Assembly (NCBI GenBank): GCA_033549025.1
Contig: JAWSUS010000004.1
Span: 96,001 to 160,000 of the forward strand
Length of the DNA: 64,000 bases
Origin: Desulfuromonadales bacterium
Lineage (GTDB): Bacteria > Desulfobacterota > Desulfuromonadia > Desulfuromonadales > SZUA-540
Direction of reading: 5' to 3'
Shown: in pieces, positions 1-9,538 of the stretch
Layout: every line of letters begins with the position of its first letter
How positions within the stretch are numbered: the stretch's first letter is position 1
Made by a program: the position numbers and the translations under genes
The notes under the pieces: generated by a model
Told to the model about the DNA's origin: nothing
Databases searched by the model: none
The model's input: the letters and a program-made list of their open reading frames with translations, nothing else

Positions 1-2
1 TG

Positions 3-560
3 GTCGCTGCGCCAGTCCGCAGCAGTTCGGGCAACCTCTACGGCATGCTGACGGTTACCGAGATGCCTTTTATGGAACTGCACCGGGAAACCCTTCAGGT
101 TCTCGCTGTGCTGATCGCTTACGTAGCCGATCATGCCGAAGCGGTGGGGGCAGCCAAACCCATACTCGCGGTATACCCGGATTGTTCCGGGCCCTTCGCG
201 GCCGAATTGCTCAAGATGGTGCGCCTGCACCGTGAATTGGATGTGCCCAGTACTTTGGTCAGGGTATCCATTCCCATGATGCCCCAGCTGGAAAATATCT
301 GCACGGTGCTCAAGGATCAGCAGCGGGGGCTGGATCACACCTGGCAGCGACATACGCCCGCGGGAGTGCAGTTCATTACCCTCATGCCTTTTTCAGGAAT
401 GGGCGCCGCCGAGGGCTACCGGACCCGGATCAATGAAATCCTGGTGCGGCAGTTTCGGTTTTCTCTGCAGGACGAACCGGCATCCTTCCATTCCGTCATT
501 ATCGCCGATGCCGAACCGCTCGCGCAATTGGAGGATCTTCTCGAGGAGGTCAAGGTATGA
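3..560 (+). CDS. pelD: PelD-like c-di-GMP receptor, C-terminal part (5' end lies outside the window)
   Basis: Frame is open from position 3. It contains an RGLD (RxxD I-site) motif at 324-335 with no GGDEF, and lies directly upstream of pelE/F/G-like genes with an ATGA overlap. Confidence 0.75.
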   Translation, partial: VAAPVRSSSGNLYGMLTVTEMPFMELHRETLQVLAVLIAYVADHAEAVGAAKPILAVYPDCSGPFAAELLKMVRLHRELDVPSTLVRVSIPMMPQLENICTVLKDQQRGLDHTWQRHTPAGVQFITLMPFSGMGAAEGYRTRINEILVRQFRFSLQDEPASFHSVIIADAEPLAQLEDLLEEVKV

Positions 561-1564
561 GCTGGAGCCATCTGCTCCTCTACGCCCTGTTGAGTCAGGC
601 GGCGGCAGTGCTGGCACTCTTCAGCCCCTATCCTCCTGAAATACAGCTTTGGCTTTTTATTGCCGCTCACCTGATCGCGTCCCTGCTCCTTTCCGTTCTG
701 CTGCTGGCGGTCATGCCCCATCGTTTTGTCAGGCGGCGCAGTTGGGTTCTGCTGCTCTTTTTCACGATTTCCTTCTTTATCCCCGTCTTGGGCGGCCTGG
801 GGCTTGTCGGGGATATGTTTTATTTCCGAGTGACCCGCAAGGCGGCCAATCGACCTGAGTATCACAGTCTGAAACTTCCCCCTTTCTTGCAGGAAGGCTC
901 CCTCGTTGCCCAGGGCATGGGGGAGGGAGGAGCCTGGTCCCGACTACGCACCCTCGACTTGCCCCGTCCCCAGCGGTTAAAAGCCCTGCTGGCTGTGAGT
1001 GCGGTAGGCGGTCGCAAAATCAACCAGCTGCTTCGTCTTGCCACCGGGGATACGGATGACGAGATCCGCCTGCTGGCCTTCAATCTTTTTGACCGACAGG
1101 AAAAAGTCATCAGCCAGACCATCAGCGATAACCTCGGGAAGCTGAGGACGGCAACGGATCCGCTGCAAAAGGCGGAAGTCTGCCGCACTCTGGCCCTCGC
1201 CTACTGGGAGATGGTCTACAATGACCTTGCCCAGGCCGAATTGCAGAATTTTTTCGTCGAGCAGTCGTTGCAGTACGCCCGCCAGGCCTGTGAACTGGGC
1301 GGGGAGGAACCAGCCATGAGTCTGCTGATCGGCCGCATTTACCTGCGGCGGGGTCAGGTTGAAGTGGCTGAAAAGATGATTCAGAAAGCGTTGGCTCTTG
1401 GCGCACTTCCGGCCCGGACGCTGCCCTATCTGGCCGAAATAGCCTACTCTCGGCGTGATTTTCAGGCGCTGACGGAGTATCTGCGGCAGGAGCCGTCATT
1501 GAGACACAAGCCCGGAATCGGGCCCGTTGCGCAGTTTTGGGGGGATTCATCGTGGCAAGAGTGA
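557..1564 (+). CDS. pelE: PelE-like membrane protein with C-terminal TPR-like region
   Basis: N-terminal hydrophobic helices, a DDEIRLLAF motif and TPR-like helices; position between pelD and pelF. Confidence 0.75.
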   Translation: MSWSHLLLYALLSQAAAVLALFSPYPPEIQLWLFIAAHLIASLLLSVLLLAVMPHRFVRRRSWVLLLFFTISFFIPVLGGLGLVGDMFYFRVTRKAANRPEYHSLKLPPFLQEGSLVAQGMGEGGAWSRLRTLDLPRPQRLKALLAVSAVGGRKINQLLRLATGDTDDEIRLLAFNLFDRQEKVISQTISDNLGKLRTATDPLQKAEVCRTLALAYWEMVYNDLAQAELQNFFVEQSLQYARQACELGGEEPAMSLLIGRIYLRRGQVEVAEKMIQKALALGALPARTLPYLAEIAYSRRDFQALTEYLRQEPSLRHKPGIGPVAQFWGDSSWQE

Positions 1565-3081
1565 GATTTCCCAGGGCCGCCGAGGTCGACATCATGCTGC
1601 TGTTGGAGGGGACTTTTCCCTTCGTCAGCGGCGGCGTCTCCAGTTGGGTGAACCAGATGATACGCGGGTTCCCGCAATGGCGCTTCGGTGCGGTCTTTCT
1701 TGGCAGCCGGCGGGAAGATTACGAAGATTTCAAATACGAATTGCCGGATAACCTGATTCACCTGGAAGAGCATTATCTCCACGGTGACAAGCCTAAGCCC
1801 GTCGTCGCGCCCTGTCGTGGAGACGCCCAGGGTTTCGAGGTTATCCGGAATTTGCACGAATGGTTTCTCAACCCTCAACAAAGCTCCCTGCCGGAGGGGA
1901 TGAAAAGCCTGGGCTTTTATCGCGATTCTCGGCACGGCGTCGATTTCTTTCAGTTTCTCCATGCGGAAAGATCCTGGGATTTCATCGCCGAAAAGTATCG
2001 GACACGCTGCACCGACCCTTCCTTTGTCGATTATTTCTGGACCGTCCGCAATATGCACATGCCCGTATGGCAACTGGCGGAGATTGCCGCCAACCTGATT
2101 CCTGCCCGTCTTTACCACACGGTCTCCACGGGGTATGCCGGTTTTCTTGGTGCCCTTCTCCATCATGCGACCGGGCGCAAACTGCTGCTGTCGGAGCATG
2201 GCATCTACACCAAAGAGCGGCGCATCGACATTCTGCACAACGAGTGGATTCTGGACCGCCGCAATCCCCTGCAGAAAGATTTGACCGAGGTCAGTTACTA
2301 CCGGGAGTTGTGGATCCGCTTTTTCGAAACACTGGGCCGGTTCTGCTACGATGCGGCGGGTACGACGATTTCCCTTTTTGAAGGGGCACGCCAGCGGGAG
2401 ATTGCCGACGGCGCGCCGGCGGAGCGCACCCGGGTGATCCCCAACGGTATAGAGCTGTCGCACTTTTCTCCCTTGCGCCGACTGCGGCCCACGGCCCCCC
2501 CGCCCATCATCGCCCTGCTCGGCCGCGTTGTGCCCATCAAGGACGTCAAGACCTTCATCCGAAGCCTCCGTATTTTGTCCGCCCGCATTCCCGAGGTGCA
2601 GGGGTGGATTGTCGGACCGACGGACGAGGCGCCCCACTATGTGGAGGAATGTCGCCGCTTGGCCGAAAGTCTCGCCGTGGACGACCGGGTTCATTTTAAG
2701 GGGTTTATGGACCCGCGGGAGCTTTTCCCCCAGATCGGCCTGCTGGCTTTGACCTCCATCAGCGAAGGACTGCCCCTGGTGGCTCTCGAAGGCTATGCCG
2801 CCGGCATTCCGCTGGTAGCCACCGATGTCGGCTCTTGTCGCCAGCTGGTGGAAGGTTTGGGTGAGGAAGATGAAGCCCTGGGGCAGGCCGGAGCGGTGGT
2901 TCCCATCAACAATCCACAAGCCGTGGCCGAAGCCTGCCTGGCGCTGCTGTGCGATCCGGACGCCTGGCAGAAGGCGCAGGCGGCTGCCGTGGCCAGGGTG
3001 GAGCGTTTCTACACCCAGGAGAGGATGTTTGCTGAATATCGGCAACTTTACGAGGAAGGACTGGCACCGTGGCAGGCATAG
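1552..3081 (+). CDS. pelF: PelF GT4-family glycosyltransferase
   Basis: LLEGTFPFVSGGVSSW N-terminus, HTVSTGYAG, EHGIYTKER, GRVVPIKDVKTFI and SISEGLPL motifs. GTG start at 1552 chosen over 1537. Confidence 0.92.
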   Translation: MARVRFPRAAEVDIMLLLEGTFPFVSGGVSSWVNQMIRGFPQWRFGAVFLGSRREDYEDFKYELPDNLIHLEEHYLHGDKPKPVVAPCRGDAQGFEVIRNLHEWFLNPQQSSLPEGMKSLGFYRDSRHGVDFFQFLHAERSWDFIAEKYRTRCTDPSFVDYFWTVRNMHMPVWQLAEIAANLIPARLYHTVSTGYAGFLGALLHHATGRKLLLSEHGIYTKERRIDILHNEWILDRRNPLQKDLTEVSYYRELWIRFFETLGRFCYDAAGTTISLFEGARQREIADGAPAERTRVIPNGIELSHFSPLRRLRPTAPPPIIALLGRVVPIKDVKTFIRSLRILSARIPEVQGWIVGPTDEAPHYVEECRRLAESLAVDDRVHFKGFMDPRELFPQIGLLALTSISEGLPLVALEGYAAGIPLVATDVGSCRQLVEGLGEEDEALGQAGAVVPINNPQAVAEACLALLCDPDAWQKAQAAAVARVERFYTQERMFAEYRQLYEEGLAPWQA

Positions 3082-4439
3082 GCTTCGAACTGCGCAAACT
3101 CCTGCGCCGGGATACCTTTTCCGGGCTGATGATGGCCTATGCCTATGCCGGCGTCATCAGTTCCGGCCCCTGGGTTCTGTCCATTGTGGCCGTGCTGATT
3201 ATCGGCGTCTTTTCCGTACCGGTGGTGATCCCGCCTGATCTGGTCCGTCAGTTTCAGACCATTCTGACGACGATCATTGCAGCCAGCCTTATCCTCAGCG
3301 GATTGGTGCAGCTGTCTTTCACCCGTTATTGTGCTGACCGTATTTTTAAAAAAGAACACGGCCTGCTGCTGCCCAACCTCAACGGCCTGCTGTTGCTGGT
3401 GAATGTCTCGGCCGCTGTTCTGGCTATTCCCCTGGTCGTCTTCGTCTTTCCGGGGTTGAGCCTGTTGCTGCGTCTGCTCATCGTGGCCAGCTTTGTGACG
3501 GTGTGCAACGTCTGGATTGGCACGATCCTGCTGTCGGGGCTCAAGGCCTACAAGGCCATCCTGTTCAACTTTCTGCTCGGTTACGGGTCGGCCCTGGTGC
3601 TCGCCTGGGGGCTTCGTCACTGGGATTTGGAAGGCTTGCTGCTGGCTTTTCTCATCGGCCAGTTTCTGCTTTTCAAGGGGATGCTCTATGTCGTCTATCA
3701 GGGGTACCCTTCCCGGCATTTCATCCAGTTCGATTTCCTGCGCTCCGGGCGCATGTATCTTTCCCTGGTTTTCACCGGCTTTTTTTACAATATCGGCATC
3801 TGGATCGACAAAATCGTCTTCTGGTATCACCCGTGGACCAGTGAACCGGTGGTTGGCGTACTGCGCGGTTCGCCCATCTATGACCTGCCCGTTTTCATCG
3901 CCTATCTCGCCATCATCCCCGGAATGGCGGTCTTTCTCATGCGCATCGAGACCGATTTCGTCGAGTATTACGATCGTTTTTACGATGCCGTCCGTGAGGG
4001 AGGCTCCCTGGGCTACATCCAGGAAATGAAGGACGAGATGGTCCGTATCACCCGCGATGGCATCTATGACATCATGAAAATCCAGGGGATCGTCATTCTG
4101 CTCGTGGTGGTGGTTGGGGGCACCCTGCTGCAATGGGCCGGGATCTCCCGAATTCATCTGCCCCTGCTCCAGATCCAGGTGGTGGCTACCGGTTTTCAGG
4201 TGGTATTTTTGGGTCTGCTCAATGTCTTCTTTTACCTCGACCGCCGTAACCGGGTGCTCCTGCTCACCTGTCTCTTCATGGTGCTCAACGGGCTGCTGTC
4301 CTGGCTTTCCATTCAGCTTGGTCCCTTTTTTTACGGCTACGGATTCGCCCTCTCCCTCGTCATAGCCGTCAGTGTCGGTATGGTGCTGCTCGACCGTGAC
4401 CTTGAGCGACTGGAGTATGAGACCTTCATGCTGCAATAG
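3069..4439 (+). CDS. pelG: PelG exopolysaccharide flippase
   Basis: MAGIGFELRKLL start, SSGPW and YDLPVFIAYL motifs, multi-pass hydrophobic, ends YETFMLQ. Confidence 0.93.
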   Translation: MAGIGFELRKLLRRDTFSGLMMAYAYAGVISSGPWVLSIVAVLIIGVFSVPVVIPPDLVRQFQTILTTIIAASLILSGLVQLSFTRYCADRIFKKEHGLLLPNLNGLLLLVNVSAAVLAIPLVVFVFPGLSLLLRLLIVASFVTVCNVWIGTILLSGLKAYKAILFNFLLGYGSALVLAWGLRHWDLEGLLLAFLIGQFLLFKGMLYVVYQGYPSRHFIQFDFLRSGRMYLSLVFTGFFYNIGIWIDKIVFWYHPWTSEPVVGVLRGSPIYDLPVFIAYLAIIPGMAVFLMRIETDFVEYYDRFYDAVREGGSLGYIQEMKDEMVRITRDGIYDIMKIQGIVILLVVVVGGTLLQWAGISRIHLPLLQIQVVATGFQVVFLGLLNVFFYLDRRNRVLLLTCLFMVLNGLLSWLSIQLGPFFYGYGFALSLVIAVSVGMVLLDRDLERLEYETFMLQ

Positions 4440-4543
4440 AGTCTGCGGGGGTGGAATATTTGCACTCTCGTTTGGCGGTGCTAGTATGAAATCAGTCACG
4501 GATTTCCCGTGGTGGACAACAAATGAACAAGAGGGAGGCGAAG

Positions 4544-4903
4544 ATGAAACGTCGGTCTATTGTGGGAGCGGTGCTGGCGGCGGCGATCCTGGTTCCTGGT
4601 TCCGCCCTTCTGGCGCAGGAAGGCAAACCGCTGCAGGCGCAGGAGCAGATGCAGACGCAGGAACAGGCTCGTGAGCAGGTTTATGGCTGGGAACTGATGA
4701 CGGAAGAGGAGCGTCTGCAGCATCGGGAAAAAATGCGCACCATGACCACGGAGGAGGAGCGCAACCGTTACCGCCAGGAGCATCACGAGAAAATGCAGGA
4801 GAGGGCGAAGCAGCAGGGGGTGGAACTCCCCGCTGGGCCGATGCCCCATGGCAAGGGGATGGGGCCGATGGGTCCCGGCCCGAAAGGCGGCGGTAAATAT
4901 TGA
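4544..4903 (+). CDS. Small secreted Gln/Glu/Arg/Met-rich helical protein
   Basis: SD GGAGG before ATG 4544; signal peptide (ALLA|QE); repeated TEEER helix; Gly/Pro/Met tail. Confidence 0.7.
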   Translation: MKRRSIVGAVLAAAILVPGSALLAQEGKPLQAQEQMQTQEQAREQVYGWELMTEEERLQHREKMRTMTTEEERNRYRQEHHEKMQERAKQQGVELPAGPMPHGKGMGPMGPGPKGGGKY

Positions 4904-4910
4904 TGTACGA

Positions 4911-4938
4911 GAAAAGGCCCGGTTCGCTGGGCCTTTTC
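4911..4938. terminator. Bidirectional intrinsic terminator-like hairpin
   Basis: GAAAAGGCCC-loop-GGGCCTTTTC between convergent genes. Confidence 0.7.
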
Positions 4939-4953
4939 TCATGGGGGGGAGGC

Positions 4954-7536
4954 TTAGCGGTAGCAGAGGAGTTTCTGCGAAACCACATCGGCCAGCAGGT
5001 GCAGGCCGTCGCCGGCTAGCTGGCAGACGCGAACGACCCGGCGATATTTGCTGCTGGCCGGCATGAGGGCTTCCAGGCTGTTGGGCTGGGCGTCAAGCCA
5101 GGCTCGGTCGAAGGTGCAGGTTTTGTTCTCGGGGAAAATGGCCAGGTAAAAGATATCCGTTTCCACCAGATCCTGGAAGAAGTGAGAACCGAAGGAGAGC
5201 TCGGGCATGAGGCCACCACTGCTGAAGGCGACTTCGCCCAGCACCGCAAAGTTGTTGATCTCGGAAAATTTCACCGGGACCCCCAGGGCTGGCGTGGAGG
5301 TGCCCCAGCGCCCCGGACCCAGTAGCAGGGTGGGGCTCTCGTAACGGTCGCTGATCCGTTTGTTGAGGCGGCCGATCAGGCGGGCGACGTCGTATTTATC
5401 CGTCAGGGCGAGACGGGAGTATTCCTCCGCATCGACGGAAATGACGCGGGTGATCTTCTGGGAAAGATTGCCCCCCATGAAGTTCCCTTCGCTCTGGATG
5501 AAAATCCGCTCGGCCGGAACGCTTTCGGGGATTTCCACCTTAAGCTCCTGCCCCTTGGTCTGCAGCGGGCGGCACTGCACCACATTGATTTTCGGCGTTC
5601 CCTTGGGGGTGAAGTTCACGGTGAATTCGGCGTCGACGGGGTAGTCGTAGGCCTTTTCCAGGGTTTTCAGCAGGCGCTGCATCATGGGGGTGAAGTCGCC
5701 GTCCGCAAGAAGCCGGTCGAAGGTCAGCAGCCAGTATTCTTCCCCCTTGCGGCCTCGCTCGGCCAATCTTTTCATCGTTTCCTCGTCCCGCACGCCGTAG
5801 CGCTGGATAGGCAGGTCGGGGTTCTCCCGCAGTAGGGCAGCCAGATTGACCGTTTGCAGACTGTTCTCGTTGACGTTGAGCAGGTCGACGTCCCGCTGGG
5901 AGAATTTGCGGGTGTCCTCGAAGCCGGCGTGGGGGCGCTTGAGGGGGGAGTCGAGGGCGACGATGCGAGGATAGTCGCCCTCCACCCGATCCACGGCCCG
6001 GGTACCCAGGCCGAGAACGAGACGCAGCATGCCGGCCTGCGGGTCCATCCCCTTATCCCACACGAAGGTGTTGTAGGAGACGCCGACCCCGGCCAGTTCG
6101 GGGTAATAGAAGTGCTGGTGGTAAGAGCCGGAGACGCGCTGGATAAGCAGGGCCATCTGCTCGTCGAGATGGTCGAGGCCCCGCTGCTTGCGGTAACTCA
6201 GGGCGTCCTCGCTCATGGCGCTGGCGAAGATCTGGCGGATGGCTTCCTCGAGTTTTTCGTAGCGCTGTTCTGGGGTGCCCTGATTGACGCAGAAAAAACT
6301 GTCGTATTTGCCGGCGAAGGCGTTGCCGAAGCCATCTTCAAGCAGGGAGCTGGAGCGGACGATGATGGGGTATTGCCCGTAGTATTCCAGCATCTTGCGC
6401 AGGCTCTCCTGCACATACTCGGGCAGCTTGCCGTGCAGCATCTTCTGGCGCAGTTCCTCGGCGGCACTGAAGTAGCCGTCCTCGGTTTTCTGCTCCATGT
6501 AGAGCTTCCACCAGCCGTTATGGACGATGTAGGAGTAGTAGACGTTGGAGCCGACGAAAAAGGAATCGTGGGACTCGAGGTAATCGGACCAGTCGAACTC
6601 CTTGTCCCGCCGGAGAATATCACGGGCCAGCAGCATGCCGACGGTTTTGCCGCCGATAAAGCCGGTGCCGATCAGGCGCTTTTTGATGTTGAGCAGGTCC
6701 TGCAGGGAAAAAGTGCGCCGGGCCAGGGACAGCATGCGGTCGTCGCGGCCGATGAGGTGGTGGCAGAGATGGTCGACCATTTTCGCCTGTTCCTGGTGAG
6801 CGTCCGGCTGACGGGCGCACTCTTCGGCCTGCAGAAAGAGACGATGCCAGTGGTCCAGCTGCCGGGTGGCGCTGCTGCCGTCGGGATCGGCCAGGCGCGA
6901 CAGCATATTGGTGGCCTCATAGCTGTTGGCCAGGGGAATGAAGCGCTCCCCGTCCAGCCGGTGCGGCAGAAACATGGTGGGGGAGTGACGTTCCCACACC
7001 TTGAGGGGGTGAATGTGAATGCGGCCGTCGAAATTGTAGACATCAAGCAGAACCTGGGTCGTCTCGCGGATGCGGGCGATGGTCTGCAGCGAGTGGCGGT
7101 CGCGGATGAGGGCGAAGTAGGCGACGGTGTCGAGTTCGAAGAGGTAGGGGCAGGTCACTTGGAAGAAGTTGCCGATCATGTGATCCGTAGCCCAGGCCGA
7201 CAGCAGATCCGAGAGGCAGTCAAAGACATAGAACGCCCCGATGCCTTCCTCGGTGATGATGGCGTGAATGCGGCTGGCAAAGGGCTCGAAACCCCGTCGG
7301 GCATCAAGCTCGTGAATCATGACGTCGTCACCGGGCGGGACCAGCGGAGGGTGCTGGCCGAAGCGCATATAGACAATGCGCCGTCCCTTTTTTCGGGCGG
7401 CATCCACGTAAGGGGTGACGAACTGGCGGTAATCGTCGATATCGTCGACCTTCCACACCACGTTGTCACCGATGCGCAGATCGTCGAGGATTTCATCCAG
7501 TCCCTTGAATCCGGTGGTCACCCGTTGTGTTTTCAT
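4954..7536 (-). CDS. PEP/pyruvate-binding (PPDK_N-like) domain protein with a degenerate RecA/KaiC-like N-terminus
   Basis: IGGKTVG, IVRSSSLLEDGFGNAFAGKY, GLGTRAV, VQCRP, GPGRWG and FGSHFFQDLVE motifs; N-terminus TTGFKGLDEIL. Confidence 0.8.
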   Translation of the reverse strand: MKTQRVTTGFKGLDEILDDLRIGDNVVWKVDDIDDYRQFVTPYVDAARKKGRRIVYMRFGQHPPLVPPGDDVMIHELDARRGFEPFASRIHAIITEEGIGAFYVFDCLSDLLSAWATDHMIGNFFQVTCPYLFELDTVAYFALIRDRHSLQTIARIRETTQVLLDVYNFDGRIHIHPLKVWERHSPTMFLPHRLDGERFIPLANSYEATNMLSRLADPDGSSATRQLDHWHRLFLQAEECARQPDAHQEQAKMVDHLCHHLIGRDDRMLSLARRTFSLQDLLNIKKRLIGTGFIGGKTVGMLLARDILRRDKEFDWSDYLESHDSFFVGSNVYYSYIVHNGWWKLYMEQKTEDGYFSAAEELRQKMLHGKLPEYVQESLRKMLEYYGQYPIIVRSSSLLEDGFGNAFAGKYDSFFCVNQGTPEQRYEKLEEAIRQIFASAMSEDALSYRKQRGLDHLDEQMALLIQRVSGSYHQHFYYPELAGVGVSYNTFVWDKGMDPQAGMLRLVLGLGTRAVDRVEGDYPRIVALDSPLKRPHAGFEDTRKFSQRDVDLLNVNENSLQTVNLAALLRENPDLPIQRYGVRDEETMKRLAERGRKGEEYWLLTFDRLLADGDFTPMMQRLLKTLEKAYDYPVDAEFTVNFTPKGTPKINVVQCRPLQTKGQELKVEIPESVPAERIFIQSEGNFMGGNLSQKITRVISVDAEEYSRLALTDKYDVARLIGRLNKRISDRYESPTLLLGPGRWGTSTPALGVPVKFSEINNFAVLGEVAFSSGGLMPELSFGSHFFQDLVETDIFYLAIFPENKTCTFDRAWLDAQPNSLEALMPASSKYRRVVRVCQLAGDGLHLLADVVSQKLLCYR

Positions 7537-7606
7537 GCCGACTCCTTTTTATGATGGTCAGATTTGTCTGAAAAAATCGGGGATAAGGGTGCCTGTTTTT
7601 ATAGCA

Positions 7607-7622
7607 TGGCAGACCGCTTGCG
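7607..7622 (+). promoter_or_regulatory. Possible sigma54 -24/-12 element oriented toward mltA
   Basis: TGGCAG-ACCGC-TTGC (GG-N10-GC). A sigma70-like TTGACC-17-TATGGT is also present at 7651-7679. Confidence 0.35.
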
Positions 7623-7746
7623 GTCACGGTTTTCCTGATGGGTGGGCCGTTTGACCCCAACGGGGAAAAAGCTTATGGTAGATTCCTGCTAAGAAAACGT
7701 TGTCGAAATGAATAAGAAGGATCGGAACAGATCAGAAAGGGTAGCC

Positions 7747-8937
7747 ATGATGAGGAATTTTCGCCGCCGCTTAGTGGGCCTGGCGGCCTGCCTGTTGCTG
7801 GGGAGCCTGTTTGCCTGTGCGCCGCCCCCCAAGGTTGAACTTCCCGTGGAGGAAGCACCAGAGGAGGCGCCGCCGGTGCCGGCCCCTGTTCCTCCCTTGA
7901 CCCCCGTGGACTGGAGCGCGGTCGACGGCTGGGAACAGGACGCCCTGTCCCCCGCCCTGGAAGTGTTTATGAAGAGCTGCCGAAGCCTGCGCTGGCGGGA
8001 CGGCTGGCAGGAGGTCTGCCGCGAGGCGGCGGACCTCAACCCCTATGACCAGCCGGCCGCTCGCCACTTTTTCGAGACGCGCTTCCAGGCCTACCAGATA
8101 CGCAACGCCGACGGCAGCGATACGGGCATGATCACGGGCTACTACGCGCCCGATCTGCGGGGCAGCCGCCAGCAGACAGCCCGTTTCCGCTATCCCCTCT
8201 ATGCCGTGCCCGATGACCTGCTGGTGGTCGATCTGAGTTCCGTCTACCCCGAACTGGGCAATTACCGCCTGCGGGGCCGGGTGGAAGGGCGCCGGGTGGT
8301 CCCCTACTGGACGCGGGAGGAAATCGATAGTGGCAAGGCGCCTCTGGCCGGTCAGGAAATCTTCTGGGTAGAAGATCCTGTCGAGCTCTTTTTTCTGCAC
8401 ATCCAGGGGTCCGGCCGTATCGTGCTCGAAGGGGATGACCCGGTCATGGTGAATTACGGCGACCAGAACGGCCACCCCTACCGTTCCATCGGCAAGCTTC
8501 TGCTGGAGCGGGGAGCGATGACCCGTGACCAGATGTCCATGCAGAACATCGCCGCCTGGGCTCGCAAAAACCCCGACCAGGTCAACAGTCTGCTCGGCGA
8601 AAATCCCAGCTACATCTTCTTTCGCGAGCTGGCCGATGTGCAGAGCCCGCCGGGGGCCATGGGGATTCCCCTGACAGCCGGGCTCAGCCTGGCCGTCGAT
8701 CCGCGTACCATTCCGCTCGGCGCACCCGTCTTTCTACAGACGACCTGGCCCAGCAGCGATTTGCCCCTGCAGCGCCTCATGGTGGCCCAGGATACGGGCG
8801 GGGCCATCAAGGGAGCGGTGCGGGCTGATTTTTTCTGGGGGATGGGGGATGACGCCGGCGCCTACGCCGGACGCATGAAGCAGCAGGGCCGCCTCTGGGT
8901 GCTCTTGCCGAAGGATATGACGCCCCCCGGTCTATGA
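7747..8937 (+). CDS. mltA: Membrane-bound lytic murein transglycosylase A lipoprotein
   Basis: Lipobox LFAC; TGYY, HIQGSG, NPSYIFF and AQDTGGAIKG..RADFFWG motifs. Start is uncertain (7708/7747/7750). Confidence 0.9.
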   Translation: MMRNFRRRLVGLAACLLLGSLFACAPPPKVELPVEEAPEEAPPVPAPVPPLTPVDWSAVDGWEQDALSPALEVFMKSCRSLRWRDGWQEVCREAADLNPYDQPAARHFFETRFQAYQIRNADGSDTGMITGYYAPDLRGSRQQTARFRYPLYAVPDDLLVVDLSSVYPELGNYRLRGRVEGRRVVPYWTREEIDSGKAPLAGQEIFWVEDPVELFFLHIQGSGRIVLEGDDPVMVNYGDQNGHPYRSIGKLLLERGAMTRDQMSMQNIAAWARKNPDQVNSLLGENPSYIFFRELADVQSPPGAMGIPLTAGLSLAVDPRTIPLGAPVFLQTTWPSSDLPLQRLMVAQDTGGAIKGAVRADFFWGMGDDAGAYAGRMKQQGRLWVLLPKDMTPPGL

Positions 8938-9462
8938 GGCTGGTGGCGCCAGCAGCGGCCGGACCGCCGCCACGGTCTCCAGGGCGACCTGGCCGGCGCT
9001 CTTGCCGTCGCAGTCGAGGCGCAGATCGGCATGGCGCTGGTAGAGGGGGAGTCTTTTGCGGTAGAGGTCGTTCAGGGATTCTCCCGGCTCCATGACGACG
9101 CCGCGGGCGTCCAGGTCGTTGAGGCGCTCGACCAGTTCGGGGAGGGGGACATCGAGGAAAACGGCTATTCCCCGGCGCTTCAGGGCCGCCATGGCCGCGT
9201 CGCTGTAGACCGCCGAGCCGCCGGTGGCGATGACGGTCTGTTCGACCGCCAGATCGAGTAGGGCCTGTTCTTCCACCTGTTTCAGAACGCTCAAGCCTTC
9301 CGTTCGGATGATGGCCTGCAGCGTCCTCTTTTCACGCGCCTGAATCAGCACATCCGTATCGACAAAGTCCATGGCTAGCAGTTTGGCCACCACCACGCCG
9401 ACGGTGCTCTTGCCCGCTCCGGGCATGCCGATGAGCACGATATTGCTTCGCGGCCCTTCCAT
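8932..9462 (-). CDS. aroK: Shikimate kinase
   Basis: IGMPGAGKSTVG Walker A, DTD, VIATGGSAV and RLPLY motifs; ATG at 9462. Confidence 0.88.
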   Translation of the reverse strand: MEGPRSNIVLIGMPGAGKSTVGVVVAKLLAMDFVDTDVLIQAREKRTLQAIIRTEGLSVLKQVEEQALLDLAVEQTVIATGGSAVYSDAAMAALKRRGIAVFLDVPLPELVERLNDLDARGVVMEPGESLNDLYRKRLPLYQRHADLRLDCDGKSAGQVALETVAAVRPLLAPPAS

Positions 9463-9538
9463 CCTCTGCCCTTTCTCGTGGTTCCTGAAAATCGGGAACT
9501 CGGGCGCCCCCAGCTGGCGGCGCCCGAGATAAACCTCC

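Noticed and set aside
5854..7554. Long antisense or alternate-frame ORFs (e.g. 5854-7554, 13251-15416, 41888-43372, 61310-63856)
   Set aside because: They mirror well-supported genes on the opposite strand, lack family motifs, and are expected from GC-rich codon bias.
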